Assembly: GCA_977017645.1 (NCBI GenBank)
Contig: OZ360219.1
Span: 120,156,001-120,220,000, forward strand
DNA: 64,000 nucleotides
Reading direction: 5' to 3'
DNA from: Torpedo marmorata
Taxonomy: Eukaryota
Position numbers and translations under genes: made by a program. Below, piece after piece: positions 51,321-64,000 of the stretch; within the stretch, counting starts at the first letter, position 1, and each line of letters starts with the position of its first letter. The notes beneath the pieces are model-generated. The model had not been told where the DNA came from. It was given only the letters and a program-made list of their open reading frames with translations, and searched no databases.

Positions 51321-53436
51321 TTGGGGGCTATGGACACCACTCATGCTGGAACTATGGTTTTGTTTTGCCTATATGTTAAGATGCTAGAAACCCAGTTTTA
51401 ACATAGTCATGATTAAGCTTTTTACCTGTTGTTTGCAGGTAAATTAGCAATGGTGCAAGAGCATTTTTGCAGGCCGCCTGGATAGCATACAAACTAAGCT
51501 TTTTACTGCACCTCTGTACACTTGACAATAGACTAAACTCAAAATGATTCCATTTTGAAACCAAAATGTGTTGCTTAAGCATGTCAACAAAACATAAAAC
51601 GTGTTCCAGCATCATGGAATGAAAGAACGTGAATGGAGTAAGGCTACAGATCTAATGAAAAGGCAGAAAAGGTTACAAGGGCTTAAGAGCCTACCTGTCT
51701 TTTTAAAAGACACGGTAAAATATTTCAGAATATTTATGTCTCTTGTGCCTTAACAAGTGCAATTTGTGGTCACTGCATGAGAAGGGTACAAGCATTTTGG
51801 TTATCTCCCGTTGCTCCACAATTAAGTGGCATCTGAGGCAGTGGGGAAGGCTCAGCAATCAGGATGGGTGAGATGAAGAGACATCAGCAACAGATATCTG
51901 GCCTGGGTTCAGTCATCAGGTGAGATGGACAATGGTAAGTGGAGATCAATGGTTATATGGAATCAACACATTTATTTTATATTTTATTCCTTCTTGGGAT
52001 GTGGCCATTGCTGGCAATTCCACCATTTATTGTGCAAACCTAATTGCTGCGAATGCAGTGACTGTTAAACGTCCATCACATGGTTTGGTCTGGAGTCACA
52101 TAGACGGACCAGGTAGAGAGTCAGCTTTCCTTCCTTAAAGGACTCTGGCAAACCAGAAGGATCTTTCTGACAATCCAACAGACCAGTGTGCTGAGACAAT
52201 TTTTTCAACATATTCTACATTTAATATTTGACTTAACGTTATCCAGTTGACGTGACTTGATCTAATGGTTCAGACTCTGGCTGCTAATAGTTTAACCACT
52301 AACTACCATTCCTCACTGCTACCCTTGGGAATATTGGAGGCTTTTGGGGAATCTAGAGAGACCGGGGTGTTGGTGGGTGAATTGGGAAGATTGGGTAATG
52401 GTTAAAGTTATTGGTTAACACAGAGGAAGGGGTAGTCAATATGAGGGTAGATTGGGGTGGAGAGGATATGAGGCTTGAGATGCAAAGAAGAACTGTACAT
52501 GGAATAAATGATACAATAGGCACTCATTTGGAAGTTGCTTTAGCAATGTCAATGAAACAAATTGGAATTAATGTAGAATTATCTTATTTCGTGCTTAATA
52601 GTTAGTGCATTGCTGATAATCCATGCTGTGTAACTCTATGATTTGAGTTAAGAAATACAAATATAATCAAACAAGGAAGTGTTGGTTGAATTTCTGAAGT
52701 GAAGCAATGGTAAAATGTTAATTGACAATAAATAATCCAATTTTTAGACTATTAATCTCAAGGTTAAGCAACCCAAACAGGAAGTAGCTCATAGAATACC
52801 TACTTCATTACCTTTGGTTGAAAGAACATTAATTCAAAATGTTTGAAGTACAGCATGTGTACAATTCGTAAATGAACAATTAGAAATGTGGGTATTATCA
52901 CCTCTTACAAGGTGAGAAATTGTTGAACTGAAATGCAACCTGGAAGCTCACCAGCCATGGATGTAACTCTGTCACTTGCCAGCAATATATTAATACAACC
53001 CTATAAGGTAAAGCATTAAAATCTATTATTATAAATTGGGTTTAAATAAACAAAAATAAAACATAACCACTTGGATGTTATGTCCCAATGCAGTATGTTA
53101 CAAAGGGCAGTGGGGTCCAAGAGGGAAGAGAAAGAAGATAAGGCTGTGATTGAATGAACTTCAGGCAAGTCTTTGGGAAGATACATTAAAGCATGGAAAA
53201 TAAAACTCAAAAGGTAGTAGAAAGGGTAATACTAAGACGAAGGATGTGAAGACTGCAAGCTTTGCCGACGGTAGGTGGAGGTGAACAGCCAGTGAGCCAG
53301 AGGAGGGAACCAGGGGGCACACTGGGAAAGAGAGAGATAGACACATGCACAGCCATGAATTACCCTTTGGCCAATGGGGAGTTAATGGGGGCTGGTAAGG
53401 GCTGCAGGCTTTGTACAACAACTCAGAAATCTGTAT

Positions 53437-53661
53437 CAGCCATTCTCAACGGGGACGATAAGGCCCCCCAGGGGCCATAGAACATTTAAGGGATCCATGG
53501 ACTGAAATCAGAAAATATTTTTTTATGCGTTTTATGTAGCCGATAGGAGAGAAGTACAGAACAAACCAACTAAGCTTGACTGCTTCACAGGGAAGGGGGC
53601 CCATAAACTTTGAGCACAGTCCTAAGTGGGGCATAGCCATAAAAAAGGTTGAGAATGGCTG
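53437..53661. mobile_element. hAT-Charlie-like MITE (225 bp)
   Basis: Perfect 14-bp TIRs CAGCCATTCTCAAC; TSD atctgtat/atctatat (7/8). Confidence 0.9.
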
Positions 53662-54515
53662 ATCTATATACACACACTCAATATCCTCAAAGTTGGAGTA
53701 CTGTGTGTTACAGTGGTCAGAAAGCAGAAAGATTCAAATCATAGAACCGAGCAGCATGGAAACAGGCCATGGAGCCCATTAGGTTCATGCTGACCACCAG
53801 GCATCGATCTATTCCAATCCCATTTTATGCTCCCCCACATTCTCATCAATTTTCCCAGACTCTACCATTCACCTGCAGATGAGGAGGAATTTACAGCAGC
53901 CAATTAACCCACCAATGCACAAGTCTTTGGGATGTGGGAGGAAGCCAGAGCACTCAGTCTAAGCATACACAACTACACAGATAACATGCAAACTCCACTC
54001 ACACCAGAGCTGAGAGATAGCATCATGGGTGATGAGTAATGAGAGTTTATTGTCATATACACAAGTATAATGAATAAATGTATCAAAATTCTTACTTGCT
54101 GAAGCCACAAAGGTACGCAAGATACAGCAACTACAATAGTATACATTAAATTACCACAATATGCCAAGACAGGAAAAGAGATAATAAAAGGATAGATAGC
54201 TCAGTATTCACATCTTACTAGCTGTGCCATTCTGACTCGCTCACCTTTCCTAAAAAAATTAAAAACTGCATTATTTAAAGATTATTTTTACAATTCATAT
54301 TTCACTTTGAAAATATATTTCACTGGTGAATAATTAATGTAATCTTCAAATTATTTGAAATAATAGGAATGTAGTGACTTCATTACAGAACAATAAAACT
54401 ACCTCTAGACTTGGCAATTGGGGCAAGGCTACCATAGGGTAGAAGCAATGTAACATTGCTTGAAATTACATACATATTTTAATTGGTTATTTTATGTTTT
54501 CTATGTAAATCATAA

Positions 54516-57375
54516 GATCACAAGATATAGGAGCAGAAGTAGGCCCGCTGGCCCATTGAGTCTGCTCCGCCATTCAGATCATGAGCTGATCCATCCACCC
54601 ACTCAGCCCCACTCCCCAGCCTTTTCCCCATACCCTTGATGCCCTGACAAATCAAATACCTGTCAATCTCTGCCTTAAATACACCCAACAAGTTCCACAG
54701 ATCCACGACCCTCTGGCTAAAGAAATTTTTTCTGCATCTGTTTTAAATTGATGTCCTTTTATCCTGAAATTATGCCCTCTTGTCCTAGAATCCTCTACGA
54801 TGGGAAACATCCTTGCCACATCTACTCTGTGCAGGCCTTTCAGCATTCGAAATGCCTCTATGAGGTCCCCCCTCATCTTTCTGTACTCCAACGAGTACAG
54901 TCCAAGAGCCGACAATCGTTCCCATATACTAACCCTTTCATTCCTGGTATCATTGTAGTAAATCTCTGAACCCTCTCCAATGCCAGCATGTCTTTTCTCA
55001 AATACGGCACCCAAAACTGTACACAGTACTCCAAGTGAGGTCTCACCAGGACTTTATAGAGTCTCAACATTACATCCCTGTTCTTGTATGCTAGAAATGA
55101 ATGCCAACATTGCATTCGCCTTCTTCATCGACTCAACCTGGAGGTCAAGCTTTAAGGTATCCTGCACGAGGACTCCCAAGCCACTTTGCACCTCGGAATT
55201 TTGAATTTTCTCCCCATCTAAATAATAGTCTGCCCATCTAGTTATTCTACCAAAGTGCATGACCGTACACTTTCCAACATTGTATTTCATCTACCACATC
55301 TTTGCCCATTCTCCTAACCTATCCAAGTCTCTCTGCAGCCTTTTGATATCCTCAGCACCACCTCCCCTACCACCTATTTTGGTATCATCTGCAAACTTAG
55401 ACACAAAGCCATCTATTCCATAATCCAAATCATTTATATACAACGTAAAGAGAAGCGGCCCCAACATCGACCCCTGCAGAACACCACTGGTAACTGGTAG
55501 CCAACCAGAATAGGATCCCTTTATTCCAACTCTCTGTTTTCTGCTGACCAACCTGTGCTCTAGCCATGCAAGTATCCTTCCTTCAATTCGATGGGCTCTT
55601 TCTTGTTTAGCAGCCTTATATGTGGCACCTTGTCAAAGGCCTTTAGAAAGTCCAAATACACAACACTCACTGCATCTCCCCTGTCTATCCTGTTTGTGAT
55701 CTTTTCAAAAAATTGAAATAGGTTTGTCAGGGATGATTTTCTTTGAAGAAACCATGCTGACTTGGGCCTATCTTTTCATGCACCTCCAGGTATTCCATAA
55801 TCTCATCTTGATAATCAACTCTAACAGCTTCCCAACCTCCGATGTTAGGCTAATAGGTCGATAATTTCCTTTCTACTGCCTCCTTCCCTTCTTCTTTTTC
55901 AATCTTTTTATTGGTTTTTGAGAAAAAAAATTAAAATAAGTAAGGTAAAAGTAAAATAAAATTACAGATAGTAAACAATGGTAAACACATATGATCCATG
56001 TTATTGATAAAAAAAAAGGGAAAGAGAAAACAAAAAAAATCTACAACTAATCTAATTTCTAACCCCAACCTATTATATGAGCGATTCCTATTTAAGCCAG
56101 GCGTCAACTACTAATTTCAATATTTCCTTGTATGTCCTCTCCTTTGCTTTTACTTTGGCTTTAACTTCCCTCGTCAGCCACAATTGTCTCATTTTTCAAT
56201 TCACAATTTTCTTTCTTTTTGGTATGTGCCTGTCCGGCACTTTCCTCATTTCATACATAAACTCCAGCCATTGCTGATCTGCTGTTTTTCCCATTAGTGT
56301 GTTTTTCCATTCGACTTTGGCCAGTTCCTCTCTCGTGCGACTGTCATTTCCTTTTCTCCACTGAAATGCTAACACATCGGACTTTAGCCTCTCCTTTTCA
56401 AATTTCAAAGTGAACTCAATCATATTGTGATCACTGCCTCCTTACGGTTCCTTTACCTTAAGATCGCTAATCACCTCTGGTTCATTACACAGCACCCAAT
56501 CCAGAACAGCTGATCCCCTGGTGGGCTCATCAACAAGCTACTCCAAAAAGCCATCCCAAAGGCATTCCACAAACTCTCTCTCCTGAGGTCCCGTACCGAC
56601 CTGACTTTCCCAATCTATTTTCATGTTAAAATTCCCCATAATTATCGTAATGCTGTCCTTCTGACATGCCTTATCTATTTCCAGTTATATTTTGTAATCC
56701 ACAGTCCAGCTGCTGTTTGGGGGCCTGTATATAGCTGCCATTAGTGTCCTTTTACCTTTACCATTCCTTAACTCAACCCATAAGGACTCTACATCTTCTG
56801 ATTCTATGTCCCTTCTTTCCAATGATTTAATATTGTTGCTAACCAGCAGAGCCAAGCCGCCCCCTCTAACTCCCTGCCTATCCTTCTGATACTCCATGTA
56901 TCCTTGGACGTTCAGCTCCCAATGACATCCATCCTTTAGCCACGACTCAGCATCGTACCCTCAAACCAGTAACTGTACATCAAGATCATCCACTTTGTTT
57001 CTAATGCTGCGTGCATTTAAGTATAATACCTTTAGACCAGTTTTTCAATGTACTGTGTCTCTGTCATCCCTCCGGCTATTATTTTGTCTCGTCACCTGCC
57101 TGTCATCCTTGCTGCACACTATCTTCACTTTACTGCTGTTTCCCCCTTCTTCAGCCCTAGCACTCTGGTTCCCATCTCCCTGCCAAATTAGTTTAAACCC
57201 TCATGAAATGCAATATTAAACCTGCCCACTAGGATATTGGTCTCCATTGGGTTCAGGTGTAACCCATCCTATTTGTATAGGTTGTGCCTTCCCCAAAAGA
57301 GATCCCAATGATCCAAGAATCTGAAGCCCTGCCCCCTGCCCCAGTTTCTCAGCCACGGATTTATCTGCCTGATCT
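54516..57375 (-). mobile_element. CR1-type LINE, broken ORF2 (endonuclease + RT) with a poly(T)-ended insert at ~55893-56078
   Basis: ESLWVELRNGKG..AIYRPPN, TSGVLQGSMLGPLLFTLYINDLD, KFADDTK and VRPHLEYCVQFW. Confidence 0.9.
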
Positions 57376-57574
57376 CGCTAAATGAATCTCCAAAATAAGG
57401 ATTGAAGATGACCTTCTCTTATAACTTGTACTTTTCAATTTATGCTTTTGAAGGTGCAGGAGGCCTAAAGGTTCAGATTCCTTCATTGTAAAGAGCCTGG
57501 TCTATTCCTGACACTTATGTCATGGAGAATGCAAATTCTCCATGACATAAGTTGTTAACTCTCCATGACATAAG

Positions 57575-57977
57575 TTGTTAACTCGGCCTGTGACATCACA
57601 GGCACCAGACTTCACTCCATCGAGACGGTGTCTTAAAAAAGCAGCCTCTTTCCTCAAAGACCCCCACCACCCAGGCCATGCCCTTTTCACTCTGCTGCCA
57701 TCGGGATAAAGGTACAGGAGCCTAAAGTCGAGCACTCAACGGCACAAGGACAGCTTCTTCCCCGCTGCCATCAGATCCCTGAATAATCAATTAACCAAAG
57801 AAAGAGGGAAGAATAGGGAAGTGTCGTCTATACTGCCTTACTTTCGTGCACTATTATTATTTATATTTTTTATAGTAATGTCGTAAGATGGTAATAATAT
57901 GAATGTTTGCACTATGATGCTGCTGCAAAACACCGAATTTCATGACTTGTTCATGACAATAAATTCTGATTCTGATT
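57575..57977 (+). mobile_element. Rex1/Babar 3' fragment, same young subfamily as the 2972-4582 copy
   Basis: Near-identical reverse complement of ~2975-3360; gacaataaattctgattctgatt tail. Confidence 0.88.
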
Positions 57978-58963
57978 ATGCAGGCAAACAACAAGCACAA
58001 ACTCAAGCTCTAGACATAAGAACGGATTGCCATCGCAGGTCTTTATCTATGAATTAGAGAAAAACAAACTGCATTGGTGCAGGCATAACTGAGTTATATT
58101 CAGATGTATAGACATGTCCTGTCAGTAAAGACCCCATAGAGAGGGAGTACACATTATTTCTTGCACTTAAGCCTACATTAAAGGATCAATGTAGATATAA
58201 GTACATGTCATTCAAATACTTTCCTCAGATGCTGAAGGACTAATGTAAAGGTAAGTACACATTCTTTATTGTACTTACCCTGACACTACAGTTCCCCTTT
58301 AAGAAATATTTCTCCTTTAATGGTTTAATCTGCAAATAATACAAGATATTTGAAAAAAGTCTACAAAATCTTTGCTGATTATTAATTGTAGAAAAATACA
58401 AATTTTATTGTTCTAAAAATTGAATCAACACCACTCACCAATCCTTCTGTAATAATATATAACAAAATAATTTTTAAATGATATTTACCAGTGGATATAC
58501 TAATGCATTTACTACGAACATTTTTGAAAGCAAATTAATAATACCTGGTGCCAAATATTTGCTGCAGCAACATTTTTGTTTCCAGTTTTATTCTTAGTAA
58601 CTTGAAGGCTGAAACCTGACTACACAAGAACCCATTTTGGATGTAGTCTGGAATATCATAATTTTGGTTTTCAAGAGTATAACAAGTGAGCATGTTGGTT
58701 TTTTTTTACTTTCTCACAACTGATAGCAGCATACTAGCTCTACATCCAGAGCTATTTTTACTTGCAAAAGATGGGGCAAATGGTGTGGAGGGAAAAGTCC
58801 AGGAACAAAAGATGCTGGAGCAAAGATTGGTGAGATGGAAACTAAAATGAACCTGGACGTTAACTCACATGCTTAACATTTACCTTCCCCAGCATAGGTA
58901 GACTAAGGAATGTTCTAAGATCATATTCATCAGATTAATCTCAATACCCAGAGTACATTTTTA

Positions 58964-59266
<303 letters not shown>

Positions 59267-59370
59267 TTAGTGTTAAACTTTCAAGACTGGCAAGGCAAAG
59301 AAAAACGTAAGATACACACTACCCATTAGAATTTTAAAATCAAGAAGAATTTTAATTGATTTGCAATCAG

Positions 59371-60740
59371 TTTTTTTCTCTTTTTCTTTTTAAATCTCTT
59401 TATTAATTCCATAAAATCATGGATATAACAGTTCATTCACTATATACGTTTACAGAAAAAAAGCAAAGAAAAGCATTATCACATGTTCCATTAATCCATC
59501 CATAACAGAGTATACATTACAGATATATATCAATTTTTTTTCTTTACAATTTAGTATTATACCAATAGGTATAAAAAGAACCAAGCCACAAAAAAAATAT
59601 ATAGTAATTTTATCATAATACATTTTTTTATAAAAGCTAAAGCAATCTAAACTAACCTACCACCTACCCCCACCCCAGAATTGCACTGACCTGTAGAAAT
59701 AATATAACTTCAAATCATGAGGAATCATAAACTCTGATAATAGTCGATAAAGGAACCCCAAATATTAGTAAATTTTAGATTTAATTTAATATTTGAACAT
59801 CTAATCTTTTCTAATGTTAAATAGGACATTAAACTTGATAGTTAATCTTCATATATAGGAGGATTACCATCCTTCCATTTTAGCAAGATCTGTCGCCTTG
59901 CAACCAGAGAAGAAAAAAGCAATCACATGTTTTTGATTATTAGTAAGATCATGATTACTAGGATCATTTATACCAAATATTGCTATAAATGGATTTGGAT
60001 CTAATTGAGTAGCTAAAACCAAAGGTATGGATACGGTCCAAAGTATTGGACCACACTGAAGGTGAAAAAACTTATAAAAAATCTCTTTCCCAAGCCTCGT
60101 TTATTTTATCCACATACTGTATCACATTTTCTTTTAAAAGGTTATAAAATACTGACAATGGTTTTGGTATATCAGGAGTGATAGTAGAAACCTTTTCTAT
60201 GATTACTAACTTTAAATCTAAAGGAAACTCCAATCTCAAGGAATTTATAAAATTCCTAACTTGAAAGTATCTAAAATAATTGTTTCTAGATAAGTTATAC
60301 TTATTAACCAACTGTTCAAAAGTAATAAGATTAGAATCTATAAACAAGTTTTTAAATGAACATATACCGTGATCTTGCCAAATCTGGTACCCTCTATCCC
60401 CACTAGCTGGGGTAAAAAAAGGTATTGACATTTATTGTACTATCAAGCAAGAAATTAAGGAAATTATTTGCTTTTCTAAATTGGAACCATATTTTTATTT
60501 TGTTTTTTATTTGGAATGGTAAAAGACCAAGAGTAACAAAGGAAGTACTACAAAATGACAAACCTCAGGGTGGTTTGGCTTTACCTAATTTCAGGAATTA
60601 TTATTGGGCTGCTAACATTAGATTTATTAATATTTGGATACATTTTAAGAATTATCAAGAAAGATTTAAATGGATGAAATCAGAAATGAAGGTTATAGGT
60701 AAACATTCGTTAGTATCCATATTCCAAAATATATTTTTCA
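59371..60740 (-). mobile_element. L1/Tx1-type LINE 3' portion with inverted 5' segment
   Basis: Poly(T) at 59371; minus-strand FRYFQVRNF and KIWGSFI remnants; plus-strand FIWNGKRPR...GGLALPNFRNYYWAA at ~60495-60740. Confidence 0.85.
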
Positions 60741-61599
60741 GTTCTACTGAAGGATCCTGAATTAAAAAGGTTAACGATTTATCTTTCCAGCCTGATCTGC
60801 TCTTTCCAGCATTTTCTGATTTTTATTTTAGATTACCAGCATCTGCCGTTTATTGATTCGCAAGAATCTTAATTTGACTGTATTCAGCAATTCCGTCAAT
60901 TTACCACAATGTGGCATTTTATTTCCTTTTTAGTTAACTTAATTTCCCCATCCATTCTCCCCTGCGTTCTCACTGCATTACATGTTCCTTACTCAAGATG
61001 ACAAGTTGTGGATGAGCTCCCTCCCAACACTCATCCCTCCCACTATCAATATTCCAACTCAATCATGCATGCAGAGTGTTTGAACTCTCTGCCCTCCCTC
61101 ATGGAACACGATCAGGTTTCTGCTTATCACCAAATCTTTATAGCAGAGTCTAGAGTGAAAACTCACTTCAGCATCACACCAAACAACTGAATGAGGCAGA
61201 TTTTCCAATTCATTGCACTTAGAAAACCCCTTAAACACAGGAAGTAGAAAGGAAGAATTCTAGGCTAGGATATTTGATGATGCCGTGTTTTTTAGACCAT
61301 TGAGTCACCCATGAGGTAACCATGAAGTGAAGGCTCACAATGAGCCTTTAGACATTTGTCCTTCACTAAAGTGAATGCACGAAATAGCTGACAGGTCTTT
61401 TGCTTTCACTTGGTTTGTCATGCTGTGTTGGTTTCAATTTTTTTTTTATTCAGGATCTGAGCATTGATGGCAAGACCAGAATAAATGTCCATCCATTTGC
61501 CACTTTTGTGTGCACTTAACCAGTCCAATGACTTCCTGAAACCTCAAGCTTCTTCATTATGATCAGACACATAAGGCACCATTTGTAAACCATTTAATT

Positions 61600-63020
61600 G
61601 TGCCCCTTGACATTTAAGTTCAAATTCTTTCTCCCGCTCATTGTTTAAAATTCAACGTGTCTACAAGTACAATCTGGTCAGTTTCATTCCAAGCTCTTCT
61701 CCCAGTGATGCATATTTTTTCTCTTTCAAGCATCTATTCAACAAAGCAGAGACTGAATCTGTTCCCATTGTGTCTTTGGCAATGAATTCCAGATCGTGAT
61801 AGCTTGTGAAAATTTTTCCTCATTTCACCCTGACTTTTTAAATCCACGTCCTTTGGTCAATCCTTCTGCCGATGGGAACAATTATTTTTTCCTGTCCTTT
61901 AGGATTCTGAATATATCTATTAAATGACTTCCCTTCAAGAGTACAGCCTCAGCTTCTCAAGGCTAGAGGTTAACCGGAATTGATTCAATCACCCAGCGGC
62001 AGATGGAAGTTCAACACAATTTCCTTACCTTTGAACACCTGGATATTGTGGGCTTTGTTAATAATTTTCTCAGCTTAATCTGGCATTTTCAAATAATTTT
62101 GTACATAAATGCCCAGGTCTCTCTGCTCCTCCACTGCTTTTAGAATTGCACCATTTATATTACATGCACTCTGTCCTTTTGTTAAATGTCATTTGCTACA
62201 CATTTGCCTATTCCATTACCCTATCAATATTTGCTTTATCTATTATTATTTTCCATAATTCCAAGTTTGTGCTGTCTGCACATTCCAAAAGGTGCCTTGT
62301 GCACACTAGTCCAAGTCATGAATATGTATCAGGAACATCAGTGGTCTTAGTTCTGCCCTTGGGAAACACAGTTTGCCTTACTCTAGCCTGAAAAGCAACC
62401 ATTCATCACAATTCATAGCTGACATTATGCCAATTCCACAACCACGCTGCCTCAGCTCCTTTTTACTCCATGAGCTTCAATTCTGATGATCAGCTTATTA
62501 TGTAGCACTTTATCAAATACATTTTGAAGGTCCATAAACATGTACACAACATTAACTGCATTAAATCCATTGTTAACTCATCAAAAACATTGTGTAGTTA
62601 GTTATGCACAATTTGTATTCGACAAACCAATCCAAATTTTGCTCCTGATTAGTGTTTTCAGCAGCTTCCCTAATACTATAGATATATTGACAGACCTGCA
62701 GATGCTGGATTCATTTTTACATCCCTTTTTTGAACAAGGGTATATAATTTCCACTCAAGGTGGCCGGCACCAACCTTTACCACAGTCAGGTCAGTACCTC
62801 TACACCTTCCATCCTCACTTTCTTTCAGCAACGAAGGATACATTCCATTGATATCTGGCGATTTATCTACCTTAAGTACAGCCAGCTATTCTCAGACAAC
62901 TTCTTCATGATTTTTTAAACCAATCCAATATCTCAATCTGCTCCTCTAACTTTGCCAATATCAACTTCCTTGGTATAACACAAATGCCAAGAACTCAGTT
63001 AATATCTCTGCCATACCTGT
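61600..63020 (-). mobile_element. Highly degraded CR1-type LINE
   Basis: Minus-strand MDLQNVFDKV, KFADSTNLG-like and WNSLP remnants. Confidence 0.6.
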
Positions 63021-63399
63021 ATTAGTTGTGTCTGCATGAAAATATGTTGTCAGCCATGTCCACATAGGCAAATTATTCAAAGATTAAAAAGTAATCAGAA
63101 ATGTGAAAGGATTATGGTTCAAAACAATTAGAAATTTATGCTTCAATCATAAAAAAATTGATCAAAATACATCTGAATTTGGTTAGCTTTCCCATTCACA
63201 TCACTGGTCAATGTATTCCATTAGCCAACACCATAAATAAATGCAGTCAGTTAGTATGAATTTTCCAAGTGTGCTTTAGAGGTTTGTTTTTCAAAATTCT
63301 AAATCTAAATACAATACCCTCATATATGCCTTATACTAAAAGCAGTTTTTTCCTTAGTGTTTAACCTTTGAAAAGGTTAAACACTAATGTTTAAAGGTT

Positions 63400-64000
63400 T
63401 TACAAAGTTTCCATGTAGCTTGTACTACAATCTCTTCCCTCCCCACCTACCATTCCAGATCTTTAGGCACTTCTTGCTGTAACTGCAGAAAGTGCAAAAT
63501 TTGACCCCACACCTCCTCAGTCACCTCCATTCAGGGCCACACAAAGTCTTTCCAGGTGAAGCAGATCCTTTACATACACATTGTCCAACATGATCTTCTG
63601 CATTCGGTGTACTCAGTGTGGCCTCCTCGACATTAGTGAGACCAAACACAGATTGGGTGACTACTTCGCTAAACACCTTCAATCTATTTGTGGGTAAAAA
63701 CGAGTTTCCGGTTGCACACCATTTTAACTCCCCAACCATTCCTATGATCCATTGTCAGAGTGAGGCCAAAAATAAACTTGAGGAACAACACATCATATTC
63801 TTCCTGGACAGCCTTAAAACTCACAGCATGAACATTGATTTGTCTAATATTAGGTAACCCCCACCCTCATCTGGTTCCTACTCCTGTAATTATTTCTTTC
63901 CCTCTCCATAACTTTTCTTTCCCATCTCCTCCAATGATTTCTTCCTGTACCTCTCTCTCCACCACTCACACCTTCTGTCCTATCATCTCTGGGCCGCTCC
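63400..64000 (+). mobile_element. Degraded Penelope-like element (GIY-YIG)
   Basis: SETKHRLGDYFAKHL and FPVAHHFNS...KLEEQHIIF. Confidence 0.75.

Noticed and set aside
50536-51387. 283-aa ORF as a host gene
   Set aside because: It is decayed Rex1/Babar RT C-terminal sequence running into its 3' UTR.

Overview
AT-rich, repeat-dense vertebrate genomic DNA. The repeat content (Rex1/Babar, CR1-type and Penelope-like retroelements, tRNA-derived SINEs, hAT and Tc/mariner MITEs) suggests a cartilaginous fish; this is inference. The window lies inside a minus-strand JAKMIP1 (Marlin-1) gene. I resolved 13 consecutive coding exons (59245 down to 1209), all GT-AG and phase 0. A conserved intron read-through C-terminus with an intronic polyA signal gives the short isoform. 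The best novel candidate is a nested transcription unit in the 18-kb intron. It has a CCAAT-rich putative internal promoter (~37780-37940) and a strong-Kozak exon (37541-37436) encoding a Cys-rich hydrophobic peptide. Its phase-1 donor would join the next JAKMIP1 exon (26658) in a shifted frame, giving a 45-aa membrane microprotein (MEYLLIVLCFFCFICLCALVCLYLSGCQEMTYKHEEACCRDIFWI*) and a dual-coding exon. Other items: a YCAY-flanked candidate poison exon, a 3.5-kb hAT transposon with 8-bp TSD split by an L1 tail, a solo LTR inside a SINE, a MITE with a CTCF-like motif, hammerhead-like motifs in Penelope-derived repeats, and a twin-primed L1. Human exon numbers and human sequences are from memory and unverified. 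Repeat boundaries are approximate unless TSDs or TIRs are quoted.
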